A stretch of 64,000 bases of DNA from positions 4,861 through 68,860 of the forward strand of contig CALCZU010000029.1 of NCBI GenBank assembly GCA_937903155.1, given 5' to 3'. Origin of the DNA: an uncultured Bdellovibrionales bacterium (GTDB lineage: Bacteria; Bdellovibrionota; FAC87; UBA2466). The notes beneath the pieces are model-generated. The model ran no database searches and was not told the origin of the DNA. It was given only the letters and a program-made list of their open reading frames with translations. The position numbers and the translations under genes were made by a program. Shown here piece by piece: positions 20,005-29,899 of this stretch (positions are counted from its first letter, which is position 1; each line of letters starts with the position of its first letter).

Positions 20005-20910
20005 TTACTTGAGCCAACCTTTTTTTCGAAACCAAACAAAGAGAATGGCACAGGTAACAATCATTACCGCCCACACAGCGGCGTAACCCCACCGCCAATC
20101 CAGTTCTGGAATGAATTTAAAATTCATTCCATAGACGCCGACAATAAAAGTCAGGGGCATGAAAAATACCGAGAAGAGTGTGAGAACGCGGACGATGTCA
20201 TTCGTGCGGTTAGCAGAGAGAGATAAGTGTGTGTCTAAAAGGTGAGCGACATCTTCTTCGAGCTCACTGCTGAAAAAATACATGCGGTCGCCTTCTTCGC
20301 GAATCGAGCGCAACTCCATTTTGGGCGCATCTCGTAAGTGCATTTTAAAAATCACATCGAGAGTCATTCGGATCATGCGTTTGTAGATTGAGATTTTGCG
20401 TTTTAAAAAGTAAAGGTCTTTGATAATCCCCGGTTTTATGGACCCTTCAATAATCATGAGTTCAAACGCTTCGAAACTATTTTCGTTAAAACTCAAAGGA
20501 GCTTCGTAAGATTCAAGGACTGCCTGTAAAATGTCGGCTAATAGTCGGTACGGATGATTCATCACTCTTCGGGGAGCCGCTTCAAACAAGCTTGTGAGGA
20601 ACTTTGGCTCTTTGCGATGGACCGTTACCAAGAAATGTGGTCCCACAAAACACGCGATCTTGCGAGTCAGTTCCGTCATCGTATCGGCTTCGACAAGTTT
20701 GTACGTTTCTAAATCCGCGTACCGCACCAGAATAAAATGGGCCCCTTCTAAGGTCTCAAACATCGGAAGATGGGACGGTTCGAGACATGTTTTTACGAGA
20801 TCCGCTGGAAGAGCGAACTGGGCGATCACCTCTTCGAGTTCTTCAGCCGCCGGATCGATCAGATCAATCCATTGAAAAGTAGCAGTCTTGTCGGAAATGC
20901 GCTTGAGCAT
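20005..20910 (-). CDS. corA: CorA-family Mg2+/Co2+ transporter
   Basis: C-terminal two transmembrane helices carry the YGMNF motif. Confidence 0.8.
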   Translation of the reverse strand: MLKRISDKTATFQWIDLIDPAAEELEEVIAQFALPADLVKTCLEPSHLPMFETLEGAHFILVRYADLETYKLVEADTMTELTRKIACFVGPHFLVTVHRKEPKFLTSLFEAAPRRVMNHPYRLLADILQAVLESYEAPLSFNENSFEAFELMIIEGSIKPGIIKDLYFLKRKISIYKRMIRMTLDVIFKMHLRDAPKMELRSIREEGDRMYFFSSELEEDVAHLLDTHLSLSANRTNDIVRVLTLFSVFFMPLTFIVGVYGMNFKFIPELDWRWGYAAVWAVMIVTCAILFVWFRKKGWLK

Positions 20911-21044
20911 CTCTTAGATGTATCACATGATCACGGCCAATCTATCGAATAGTTAGAAAAATTCAGTGATTACGACTGGGTCCTTTTTGTTGTTGATCGA
21001 AAGTGTGGGAAAATGCTAAGTTCCGCCAACTTTGAGGTACCCCC

Positions 21045-21494
21045 ATGGCTAAATATTTTCTGGTAGTTCTATTATTTTTTGTTTCTGTTTGCCCGGTTCA
21101 AGCAGCGACGATGATATTTTTCAAAACCGAGACTGACCGTCTCGAGAGCATGTTGTTAATTGCAGCGGATGGTAAAATTTATCAACGCACAGTTGGAAAA
21201 AAGGATTTTAAACTCTTCCGCAGCCAACTTCCCAACGGGATCAAATCGATCGAAATCTTAGCCAGAAAAACAGTAAATCCCGAAACGAATATTTTTCAGA
21301 CGGTGCTCTTCGTGATTGGTTCCGATGGCCAAATCTATGTTCTGCAAGAAGCCTCAAAAGAATTCGAAATGCAGAATTATACGTTTCCGGAAGCAAAAGC
21401 CGAGCCGGAAATAAAATCAGTTCCGATGAAGATGGAAGCGCCAGACCCCCTTCCCTCGAAGCCAAAGCAGATTATCCCGGCCCCTGCCAAGTAG
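21045..21494 (+). CDS. Secreted hypothetical protein
   Basis: Signal peptide MAKYFLVVLLFFVSVCPVQA. Confidence 0.6.
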   Translation: MAKYFLVVLLFFVSVCPVQAATMIFFKTETDRLESMLLIAADGKIYQRTVGKKDFKLFRSQLPNGIKSIEILARKTVNPETNIFQTVLFVIGSDGQIYVLQEASKEFEMQNYTFPEAKAEPEIKSVPMKMEAPDPLPSKPKQIIPAPAK

Positions 21495-21577
21495 TCAGTT
21501 CGCTTCCAGTTTAGAGAAGACCGAAATAGGCTTCAAAATCCCATTGCCTATTTGTCAATTTCTGCCAAACTTTTAGA

Positions 21578-22492
21578 ATGTCGAACTCTAACGAAGTGGC
21601 AGTGTTTTGCGCGGCAACAGATAATTATTCGATGCCGATGGCCGCAATGATACGTTCTGCGGCGGAAAATCTAAACTCTGAATTTCGTCTAAAAGTTTAC
21701 GCGTGTAGTTGCGGTATAAGTTCCTCGAACCGCCTTCGAATCGAAAAATCGTTAATGAAAACCTGCGCGAGAATTGAATGGCTTGAAATGAAACAAGCAG
21801 ACCTGGACCAGTTGCCCGATCCAGGGAGATACTCCATCGCCAGTTTTCCGCGTCTTTTTTGTGAGGATTTGGTTCCTCCGTCGGTCCGTCGTCTGATTTA
21901 CTTAGATATCGACCTGATCGTTTTAGGGGACCTTGCTGAGCTGTGGAAGATGGATTTAAAAGGGGACATGGCAGGTGCCGTTCAGGGGCTTCTAGGAAGA
22001 AAAGTCTCAGGCGAGCATGGCATAGAAGGCTATGAGAAATACTCCCTTTCTCCTGAACAACCTTATTTTAATACCGGGGTGATGTTGTTCGATCTCGAGC
22101 AATGGCGACGGAACCAAATTGGAGCGAAGTTGCGATCGCTTTTACTGAAGGACGGTCAAATACTGCGTTATAAGGACCAAGATGTAATCAATATCGTTTT
22201 GGCAAATTCCATTTGCCCACTGCCACCTGAGTGGAACCAGACTCCATTCATTTATCATTTCCAGCAGAGCGAAAGCCCACTGGGCGAAACGGAGCACCAA
22301 CGCACCCTCAATAATCCCAAGATTATCCATTACGCTACAGCAATTAAACCCTGGCAGAAGGGATCTTACCACCCAAAAACTGGCCTGTTCGAACGTTGGA
22401 TTTATAAGACAGACTGGGCCACTGAATACGCTTTCACCCCTTTCACTCCGAGAAGCATCCTCCGCAAAATCTTAAATCGATTCCGCAGATAA
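21578..22492 (+). CDS. Glycosyltransferase family 8 (RfaJ/LgtC-like)
   Basis: DxD in YLDIDLIV, plus FNTGVMLFDL and DQDVIN. Confidence 0.75.
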   Translation: MSNSNEVAVFCAATDNYSMPMAAMIRSAAENLNSEFRLKVYACSCGISSSNRLRIEKSLMKTCARIEWLEMKQADLDQLPDPGRYSIASFPRLFCEDLVPPSVRRLIYLDIDLIVLGDLAELWKMDLKGDMAGAVQGLLGRKVSGEHGIEGYEKYSLSPEQPYFNTGVMLFDLEQWRRNQIGAKLRSLLLKDGQILRYKDQDVINIVLANSICPLPPEWNQTPFIYHFQQSESPLGETEHQRTLNNPKIIHYATAIKPWQKGSYHPKTGLFERWIYKTDWATEYAFTPFTPRSILRKILNRFRR

Positions 22493-22498
22493 CGCAGA

Positions 22499-23398
22499 TC
22501 AAACCTGCTCAATTCCGACGAGTTGCCACGAAGGATTGCGGTTGGATTTTGAAAAAATCCAATCTTCTTCAAATTTCACCGGCATCGTATCGCTGCCTTC
22601 AACCACTTTAAGAGTCTTCTCATCGACTGTGTAGTCTAGAAGATTTGCTGTAAAGCGAGCGGTCACAAAATCTGCATCGCCTTCATGCCACTGCTCGGTT
22701 ATTTGAGTTCCTCGGACCGTGATGTTTTCAAGGCGATTAATTTTTTGCTCGCGCTTCAGCGCATCGAGATCGTTATTTAACACCATTGGCATGTCGCCGC
22801 CCAAAAGTGGCTTTACTGAACTGAGATCTCTCCGAGTCCAGGCACCTTGGATTTTAAAAAAGATATCGGACGCCTCATCCGGATCCATCATTGGAGTTTC
22901 AGAAACTATTTTTGGTTGTGCAAAATTTCCCGAATAAACATTCGATTGCATTTCCGGCGCGACGTTTTGAGGACGCGTTTTTTGGTGGCGACTCTGCCAC
23001 CATCGAAATCCCATAAAAGCGAGTCCCGCCATTAATAGGATTTCTAAAAATCCAATTCCCCCACCACCGCCGCCCATTCCTGCCGCATGGCCGAGCGATC
23101 CGAAAAGCATGCTTCCCAAAAATCCACCTGCGATTCCTCCCGCAAGCCCCCTCATAAATCCGCCGCCCTGACTGGGCATCGGTCGGTTGTCAGGTCCCGG
23201 AGCACTTCGATAGGGTTGCTGCGAGGGAGGTGCAGAATAACGTCGACCTCCTCCTCCTCCAAAAGAAGAACGCCCGCTTGACCGTCCTCCTCCGGCTCTT
23301 CCTTCGGCGACGGGTGGCGTACTCATCTCTATCAAAAATAGAAATAGAAATAACGTAATCAACGTACGGACAATATTGGATTTTTTAGACTTCATCAT
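22499..23398 (-). CDS. Tim44-like domain membrane protein
   Basis: Gly-rich low-complexity N-terminus, one transmembrane helix, and a C-terminal NTF2/Tim44-like domain. Confidence 0.65.
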   Translation of the reverse strand: MMKSKKSNIVRTLITLFLFLFLIEMSTPPVAEGRAGGGRSSGRSSFGGGGGRRYSAPPSQQPYRSAPGPDNRPMPSQGGGFMRGLAGGIAGGFLGSMLFGSLGHAAGMGGGGGGIGFLEILLMAGLAFMGFRWWQSRHQKTRPQNVAPEMQSNVYSGNFAQPKIVSETPMMDPDEASDIFFKIQGAWTRRDLSSVKPLLGGDMPMVLNNDLDALKREQKINRLENITVRGTQITEQWHEGDADFVTARFTANLLDYTVDEKTLKVVEGSDTMPVKFEEDWIFSKSNRNPSWQLVGIEQV

Positions 23399-23433
23399 AG
23401 GACGACTCTTTCTTTTCGCCCCACCTTACCACT

Positions 23434-25878
23434 TTATCGATAAAAAATCTCGTAGCGTGAGAGATCAAACCGAGCCGCTTCAACAGGGTCCCTACGCTGC
23501 GCCTGATCGTAGAACCAGTCGGTTAACTTCCAAATTTCCTCATCGTCCCGCGAGACCGCCCAACGGGATCGAAGTTTAAGATAATCCGCTTCCGTTTTTA
23601 CTTTCTCAACTTCTTCGATAAATTGCGGGACTTGTCGCAACGTCATCTTAAAATAAAGATTGGGAAAACTGCCCGTGAGATTGTTCATCACCATGAATTT
23701 ATCTCGCTCCGGAACGAGGGTGATGTTTTCGGCGATGAAAAACTTCGTGTTCGTCCGAAAACGATTTACGAGGAGAGTAAGGGCGAGATCCTCATCTCTT
23801 CCATCACCCATACGGAGGAAGGAAACCTCCGGGAAATGCTGTGCCATCGGACCCGATTTTTTCATCTCTCGAAATAGTTTTTCAACCGTTTCAAACTCTT
23901 TGACGGATGCGATTTTATTTTCACCGCACTCAGGGCAATTCATCGGATCGGGACGACCGATGCCCAACGTTCGAAAATGCCGGGCTACTTTTCGCAATAC
24001 AGAATCGGACGAAGCCTCTCCGTTTTTGACGTCTACCCCTCGGTAGGCATCCAGATCTAAGGTCTCTCGAGATTCAGACGGGACAGGTACGAGAGAATGT
24101 TTGTCACGCATGAGTTTATGAATTGCCCCTCTTCCAAAAAGAGTATGAGCCGAATACCAATAATCGCGGATGGCGTATCGACTTTTTTCGGGCGCCAGTT
24201 TCAGGAAATTATCCTCGGCCTCAATTCGCAGAGAGTCTTTGTAGGCGCGAGTATTTAAGCCGTCAATCGTCGAGCCGTAAACATCAAACCCAGTCACTAG
24301 ATTGTAAAACGTGCGCTCCATAATGGGATAATCAAAAACTTCTGCGGTCTTTGGGAGATTGCCATGAAGGCCTGTCGTCACATCCGCACTATCGAAGTTT
24401 CGCACAATCGTTTGGACGGCACCCGGATACGCTGATTCTCCGTGCTGGAGATCGTGATGAGAATTTCCGTTTCCATCCCAAAGATCAGAAACTCCTAATT
24501 GTTTTTTGTAACGGAAATAAAAAGGATCTTTTTCAGCAATATACTGGGTTTGAAAATGAAGAAATGTTTTTTCAAAAAGAGCCATCGCCGCTTCGACAGT
24601 ACCGATCTGAGAGGCTGCCGGAAGACTTAGAAGTTCGGCCATTGTTTGATTGCCCACTTTGTGCGTGAAAAACTCAGGGACGTTGACCGCCGGATCCGAG
24701 GTCGGTTTTAAGTACATTCGCCAACCGAGATCCTGAATGACGTTGACCGCAAACTTTCCGCTGCAAACAGGCCCGCGAATATCGTTTCTCGTAAAAAACT
24801 CGGCATCATCTAATAGAAACTGATAGCGCGCCCACGCGGGAATTGCTGCATAGGTGGTAAAGGGATTGGCTGCCTCTGGCCCATATTTGGGCAGAACCTT
24901 CGGCTCCCACTGTGACTGGTAAAAAAGTTCTCGAATTCTCTCACGCTTTCGAGCATTGAGCGCGTAAGGAATGTGGGTTTTATGCACTAGAGTCGATTCC
25001 ACTTTTCGAAATCGATAATAAAATGTTTCTCCCAATCCAGAGTCATCGTAAGGATGGCGTGCTGTAGATTCTGAAATTACTTTACCGTCTTTTTGAGAGG
25101 AACGGACGAGGCGATAAAATTCGCCTTCAGCTCCTTTTGCAAATTTCCGTTGAGAGTCTGCAAAATAGAGGTGTGCCAGAAAAAGATGTTCGTAAAGATA
25201 ACGTGCGGTCAGTCTTTCTTTTAACGTTTTGCCGTTGAGAAGTGTTTCCCATTGTTTGATTTCTTCGGAGATCCAAGCTTCCGATGGGGAGGCTTCTGGT
25301 TTCGGCCCTTTTGCGCCTTCATCGAGCCATCTGCGAACATTGTTGATTTCTGTTTCATTTAATCCCGGAAAACCGTAGGGCATTCCATGACTCGGTTTAC
25401 TGCGCGTATAATAGCGTCTGAACTTCTTAAGCGCTCGGGCATTGGACTCAAGTTTTGGACACATTGAACTGTGTTCTAAAACGGCCTCTGGAAGTTCTTT
25501 GATGCGTTCTCTAGGATTTGCCGTTTTAACCTGAAGCATTTCCCAAAGCGTTGAGTTTTCTTTGGTCCCAATCACGCTCCAAAAACCTTTTTTGCGCCAA
25601 TCGTTTTCATTTTCAGCATCGACAAAAAGTCTTACCGGCTCGATCGCGAAAGGCCTTTTTTTGTAGGGATTAATTTGAGCCGCCCCTCTGAGGACTCCCT
25701 CGTATGCTGTGAGATTTAACTGACAGGGCGATTGGTTGCAGGCGTGGCAGGCGACGCATTTACTGTCGAAGAGAGGTTGAATCTGTGTTTTGTAATCAAT
25801 TGCAGGGAGAGCGGCTAAGTAGGCCCCATAAAAACTAAAAATCGTGCCCCAAAAAAAACTTGCCTGACTGACTCTCAT
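23434..25878 (-). CDS. Fatty-acid cis/trans isomerase (Cti)-like periplasmic heme protein
   Basis: ATG at 25878 with GGAGG 5 nt upstream. Signal peptide. CVACH (CxxCH) near the N-terminus within QPLFDSKCVACHACNQSPCQLNL, as in Pseudomonas Cti. About 800 aa. Confidence 0.55.
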   Translation of the reverse strand: MRVSQASFFWGTIFSFYGAYLAALPAIDYKTQIQPLFDSKCVACHACNQSPCQLNLTAYEGVLRGAAQINPYKKRPFAIEPVRLFVDAENENDWRKKGFWSVIGTKENSTLWEMLQVKTANPRERIKELPEAVLEHSSMCPKLESNARALKKFRRYYTRSKPSHGMPYGFPGLNETEINNVRRWLDEGAKGPKPEASPSEAWISEEIKQWETLLNGKTLKERLTARYLYEHLFLAHLYFADSQRKFAKGAEGEFYRLVRSSQKDGKVISESTARHPYDDSGLGETFYYRFRKVESTLVHKTHIPYALNARKRERIRELFYQSQWEPKVLPKYGPEAANPFTTYAAIPAWARYQFLLDDAEFFTRNDIRGPVCSGKFAVNVIQDLGWRMYLKPTSDPAVNVPEFFTHKVGNQTMAELLSLPAASQIGTVEAAMALFEKTFLHFQTQYIAEKDPFYFRYKKQLGVSDLWDGNGNSHHDLQHGESAYPGAVQTIVRNFDSADVTTGLHGNLPKTAEVFDYPIMERTFYNLVTGFDVYGSTIDGLNTRAYKDSLRIEAEDNFLKLAPEKSRYAIRDYWYSAHTLFGRGAIHKLMRDKHSLVPVPSESRETLDLDAYRGVDVKNGEASSDSVLRKVARHFRTLGIGRPDPMNCPECGENKIASVKEFETVEKLFREMKKSGPMAQHFPEVSFLRMGDGRDEDLALTLLVNRFRTNTKFFIAENITLVPERDKFMVMNNLTGSFPNLYFKMTLRQVPQFIEEVEKVKTEADYLKLRSRWAVSRDDEEIWKLTDWFYDQAQRRDPVEAARFDLSRYEIFYR

Positions 25879-26036
25879 CCTATGCCTCCGAATGTGATTT
25901 CGTAGGCATAGATCAAACACTTTCAAAAGAAAAGTTTTCGATTGGATTGCTGAGGTTAGTAAGGCGAGCCTTCTCATTTGCACCCACTAGGTGCCAGTAA
26001 TTCAATTTTGCGGTTTAGACAAAACTGATAGATACT

Positions 26037-26807
26037 TTGGAAGTCATGTCTAAAAGCAAATATGTTCTAGAAATCGAAAATAAATTAGGCAACGGTCCGA
26101 CGGCAAATGCAGCTCTTTTAGCTCGATATATCGGAGCCCAAAATCTGCCGAAAAGAAAACCCGATGAGCAAAGCAAATGGGTTTACTGGGGCATTCCCGT
26201 TCCGCTCTCGCGTCAGGCATCCCAAGCGTCGTATAGCTTTTCCCCTCTTCCCGAAGAAGAACAGTGGAAAATCTGGATTTCTATCTGGAACGAGTCTTCA
26301 GTCTATGACGTGAAAAGTGTCGCCCTGCAGTGGCTCTGTGAAAAAAAAAGAAAGGCATTGCGTTTAAAGCGCTCCCAAGACGTTATCAAACTCACCTCTC
26401 AAGTGGATAACTGGGCTCACAGCGACGGAATCTCCCAAGTTTTAGCTGAAATCCTGGAAGCAAAGCCGCAACTTTTTGAGGTTTATAAGAAGTGGAACCG
26501 TTCTAAAAATCCCTGGCTGCGGAGACAATCGATCGTAAGCATCTATTTCTACGCCAGATTGAGATCGAAGTATTACCCTTCACCAGAGGCGTTCCGTTTA
26601 GTGAAAAACTTACTAAACGATCCTCATGTGTATGTCCAAAAAGGGGTCGGCTGGACATTAAGAGAATTGGACCGCATTGATTCGAAAAAACAGCGGGTTT
26701 TTGTCGAAAAACATCTTAAACAAATCTCAGCCACAGCGTGGTACGCCACGAGCGAATTATACCCATTGTCCCTAAAAAAAGAACTTGTCTTAAGAAGACG
26801 GCGATGA
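26037..26807 (+). CDS. AlkD-like DNA alkylation repair (HEAT-like repeat) protein
   Basis: Motifs VDNWAHSD and KGVGWTLREL. Confidence 0.6.
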   Translation: MEVMSKSKYVLEIENKLGNGPTANAALLARYIGAQNLPKRKPDEQSKWVYWGIPVPLSRQASQASYSFSPLPEEEQWKIWISIWNESSVYDVKSVALQWLCEKKRKALRLKRSQDVIKLTSQVDNWAHSDGISQVLAEILEAKPQLFEVYKKWNRSKNPWLRRQSIVSIYFYARLRSKYYPSPEAFRLVKNLLNDPHVYVQKGVGWTLRELDRIDSKKQRVFVEKHLKQISATAWYATSELYPLSLKKELVLRRRR

Positions 26808-27199
26808 GCATAAAACGTGTTTTTTTAATAACTGTCGGATTTATCTCTCTCGCCCTTGGCATTGTGGGAATTTTTCTTCCCGTGATGCCGACGACTCCCT
26901 TTGTTCTTTTAGCAGGTTTTTGTTTCTCAAAGTCTTCTAAGACTTTCCACGCGCGACTTTTGGCAAACCCCTATTTCGGAAAACTCATCCGAGATTGGGA
27001 ACAACATCAGATTCTCTCGAAACGTACAAAAATAATTTCGACGGGAATGATCGCGATCAGCGGCGCTTCCATCGGATATTTTTTTTCGGATAAATTGTGG
27101 CTGCAGCTTCTCTGTCTACCGTTCCTCATTTTTGCCGCGATTTTTATTCTAACAAGGCCATCAACTCCTTCCCCAAACAGAAATGAAAAACGTTTATGA
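26804..27199 (+). CDS. YbaN/DUF454 inner-membrane protein
   Basis: GIVGIFLPVMPTTPFVLLAGFCFSKSS. ATGA overlap with the upstream gene. Confidence 0.7.
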   Translation: MSIKRVFLITVGFISLALGIVGIFLPVMPTTPFVLLAGFCFSKSSKTFHARLLANPYFGKLIRDWEQHQILSKRTKIISTGMIAISGASIGYFFSDKLWLQLLCLPFLIFAAIFILTRPSTPSPNRNEKRL

Positions 27200-27307
27200 A
27201 GCGCTTTAGGGCAAAGCTCCCCTTTCCCAGACTTCCATTTAATCTGGCTCCTTTGCACTTCCTAGGGAGAACCTGTATATTCGGGTTCTTTTGAAGGGAA
27301 ATGGTTA

Positions 27308-28636
27308 ATGCACCGGAAAGTTCTGATCGCTGTCGATTCTTTTAAGCGTGAATATTTAGGTATCTATTTGCTTAAGAAAGAACTTTTGAAAAACGGTTTT
27401 AAAGTCCGCATTTGCAGCCGCTATGTTTTAAAATACGCATTTAACCACTTTCGTCCGGAAGTAGTCGTAGTACACAGTTCCTATAAAATCGCGGAGCTAG
27501 AAGAGATTAGTCGCCAGGCAGTGTTAATCTTGTTGCAAGCGGAGTCCTGCACTGGCAACGAACTAGGCATTTTAAGTTATGCAGCAGAGATCAGTCCTCT
27601 CACACGCCCTGAGTTCATTGACTTCAGGTACTGCTGGGGAAAGTTCGACTATGATATTCTCAAGAAACATCCCGTTTTCCCAAATGCCGGATTAGCTGTA
27701 ACCGGTCACCCCATCACCGACCCGTGGTACAGAAAGCGTGCGCCAAGGAAATCGAAAGAGCTTACCATTGGAATTGCCACAAGTTTGAGGGCGATGACTC
27801 ATATTTCGGGAGCGATAGGCAACCCGATCAAGTTTATTCATGATATTGAAGAAGGTGGCCAGACCAGCTTATTTTTTGAAGCGCCTTACCACGCAGAAGC
27901 GTGGGTCGCTTTCGAAGCGGCATGGCTTCGGATACTTTTGGACCTTGTGAAGAACCTCAAAGGGTATAAAGTAAAAATAAGACCTCACCCCATCGAAAAA
28001 ATTGAATACTACCGTTTTCTTGAGAAAAAATTTGGAGTCGAGGTCTCGAATCACGAAGACCTTTCAGAATGGCTAGAGAGTGTGGATGTGATGATTAGTT
28101 ATCTATCCACAGCTCAATTGGCAGCCTACGTGCGTGGAGTAAACGTGATTTCCATTAAAAATTTATTTCCGGTTTATATCCATAATACTTTGCCTGCCGC
28201 AATTACGTTTGAGCTCGACCAGTACTTCCATGCTCCTTCTTCGATTGAGGAGTTAAAAAATTCGCTGAAGGAAAATAAATGTGATCGGGAAAAGTTAGAT
28301 CATTACGCCTCGCAGATGTTTAATTTTCCCTCAAAAGACAGACCCAGCGTCTTAATTGCAGAACATTTGGCAGGGTTTGTAGAGGAAAAACTCAAAACTA
28401 AAGCAAAATTTAAACGGATTCCAGAGGGAAGAATCACAAATCTCATCCCAGATTTTATTCCAAAAGATACCTTGTTAATGCTCTATAGAGATTGGTTTTA
28501 TCCGAAGGAACAAGTGTCACTGTCCTACTGTCGCCACCGATTCTTAAGAAATCGGAGGGTTCATCGCACTTTGCCAGATTTCGAGAATAAGGATTTAAAG
28601 CGAGATGAGCGAGCGATCCCGGTGGTTGCGCGTTAA
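27308..28636 (+). CDS. Hypothetical protein (Rossmann-like; possible surface-polysaccharide biosynthesis)
   Basis: A 442-aa ORF with no secure motif. Confidence 0.5.
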   Translation: MHRKVLIAVDSFKREYLGIYLLKKELLKNGFKVRICSRYVLKYAFNHFRPEVVVVHSSYKIAELEEISRQAVLILLQAESCTGNELGILSYAAEISPLTRPEFIDFRYCWGKFDYDILKKHPVFPNAGLAVTGHPITDPWYRKRAPRKSKELTIGIATSLRAMTHISGAIGNPIKFIHDIEEGGQTSLFFEAPYHAEAWVAFEAAWLRILLDLVKNLKGYKVKIRPHPIEKIEYYRFLEKKFGVEVSNHEDLSEWLESVDVMISYLSTAQLAAYVRGVNVISIKNLFPVYIHNTLPAAITFELDQYFHAPSSIEELKNSLKENKCDREKLDHYASQMFNFPSKDRPSVLIAEHLAGFVEEKLKTKAKFKRIPEGRITNLIPDFIPKDTLLMLYRDWFYPKEQVSLSYCRHRFLRNRRVHRTLPDFENKDLKRDERAIPVVAR

Positions 28637-29739
28637 TCCCATTTGATTGAGTAGCTCACCGACCGACCTCGTCCCTCGTTCTTCACGAAAATTCCTTTGT
28701 CTTCTAAATCTTTTAAATCTCGCTTGGCCGTTTCGGGACTGACTTTCGTTAGGCTGACATATTTTCGATTCGTCATTCCGCCTTCGAAGCCCTCTAATCC
28801 GGCTTCAATGAGGCGATTGACGGCTTTGAGTTGTCTTTCATTCATGACCGTCTTGCTATGCTCTTTCCAGAACTTTGCGATAGCGACTGCAGTATTGATC
28901 GCCTCTTTGGAACTCTCGACTGCTCGAACAAAAAGACCTAAATACCAAGTAAGCCATTCGGTGATATCGCAGCTTCCCTTTTGAGACTTCTCTAATATGT
29001 CGTAGTAATCTTTTCGCTCGCGATTAATTTGCGAAGACAAGCTATAAAGTCTTCTGCCCGTTTTCTCATCTTGAGCGAGCGCCATATCGGTAATCGCTCG
29101 CGCGAGTCTTCCGTTGCCATCTTCAAATGGATGAATCGTCACAAACCAAAAATGCGCGATGCCCGCTCGTAAAACTCCGTCGATATCCGAGGAATGATTC
29201 CACCAGTTTAAAAACTCTTTCATTTCGGTTTTGACTTGTTTAGAAGGAGGCGCTTCGAAGTGAACGGTCTTTTTACCTTCGGGCCCCGAAATGACTTGCA
29301 TCGGTTCTTTATCTTTTCTCCAATTTCCCACCTCGATTTTGTGAAATCCAGAATAGCCTGTGGGAAACAAAGCCGCGTGCCATCCGAAAAGACGTTTGTC
29401 GTCTAGCGGTTTGTCATACTTTGAAGTGGCATCGATTAATATCGAGACCAAACCGTCGACCGCTCTTTCGCTTTCCGGAAGTCCTGCTGTGGGAAGCCCT
29501 AACCGTTTTGCCACAGAGGAACGAATACTGTCGCGATCAAGCTTCTCTCCTTCGATCGCAGAAGTCGTAAAGGCTTCTTCCACAATGAGTTTGGCTTGCT
29601 GTTCCAGTCCTATCAGATCCGCCTGAGCAATGACTCTTCCCTGTGCTTTTCTCGCCTGTCCGACAAGACTTAAAAGCGTCGAAGCGTCCCATTTGAGGTT
29701 CGGCCAGTTGTCTCTTTGCCACACATAAAGTCGACCCAT
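28633..29739 (-). CDS. Fic family protein (N-terminal DUF4172, Fido core, C-terminal winged HTH)
   Basis: Active site HPFEDGNGRLAR. Inhibitory-helix-like TSAIEG. C-terminal wHTH. Confidence 0.85.
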   Translation of the reverse strand: MGRLYVWQRDNWPNLKWDASTLLSLVGQARKAQGRVIAQADLIGLEQQAKLIVEEAFTTSAIEGEKLDRDSIRSSVAKRLGLPTAGLPESERAVDGLVSILIDATSKYDKPLDDKRLFGWHAALFPTGYSGFHKIEVGNWRKDKEPMQVISGPEGKKTVHFEAPPSKQVKTEMKEFLNWWNHSSDIDGVLRAGIAHFWFVTIHPFEDGNGRLARAITDMALAQDEKTGRRLYSLSSQINRERKDYYDILEKSQKGSCDITEWLTWYLGLFVRAVESSKEAINTAVAIAKFWKEHSKTVMNERQLKAVNRLIEAGLEGFEGGMTNRKYVSLTKVSPETAKRDLKDLEDKGIFVKNEGRGRSVSYSIKWD

Positions 29740-29765
29740 TTAAGCCCCTTATTCCGGTCAGTCAG

Positions 29766-29836
29766 TGACCCGATTAAGCTGATTAATCGGGTCATACCAT
29801 GACCTGATTATACCCTCTAATCGGGTCAAACCGCAA
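29766..29836 (-). promoter_or_regulatory. fic promoter with three operator half-sites
   Basis: Minus strand: -35 TTGCGG (29836-29831), an 18-nt spacer containing TGACCCGATTA, a perfect -10 TATAAT (29812-29807), then the palindrome TGACCCGATTAA-GCTGA-TTAATCGGGTCA (29766-29794). Confidence 0.5.
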
Positions 29837-29899
29837 TAAAGTTTAGGAACGCGAGGAGCAAAACAAAGAAACCCCGCGTTACATGGACTTTCTAATGGC

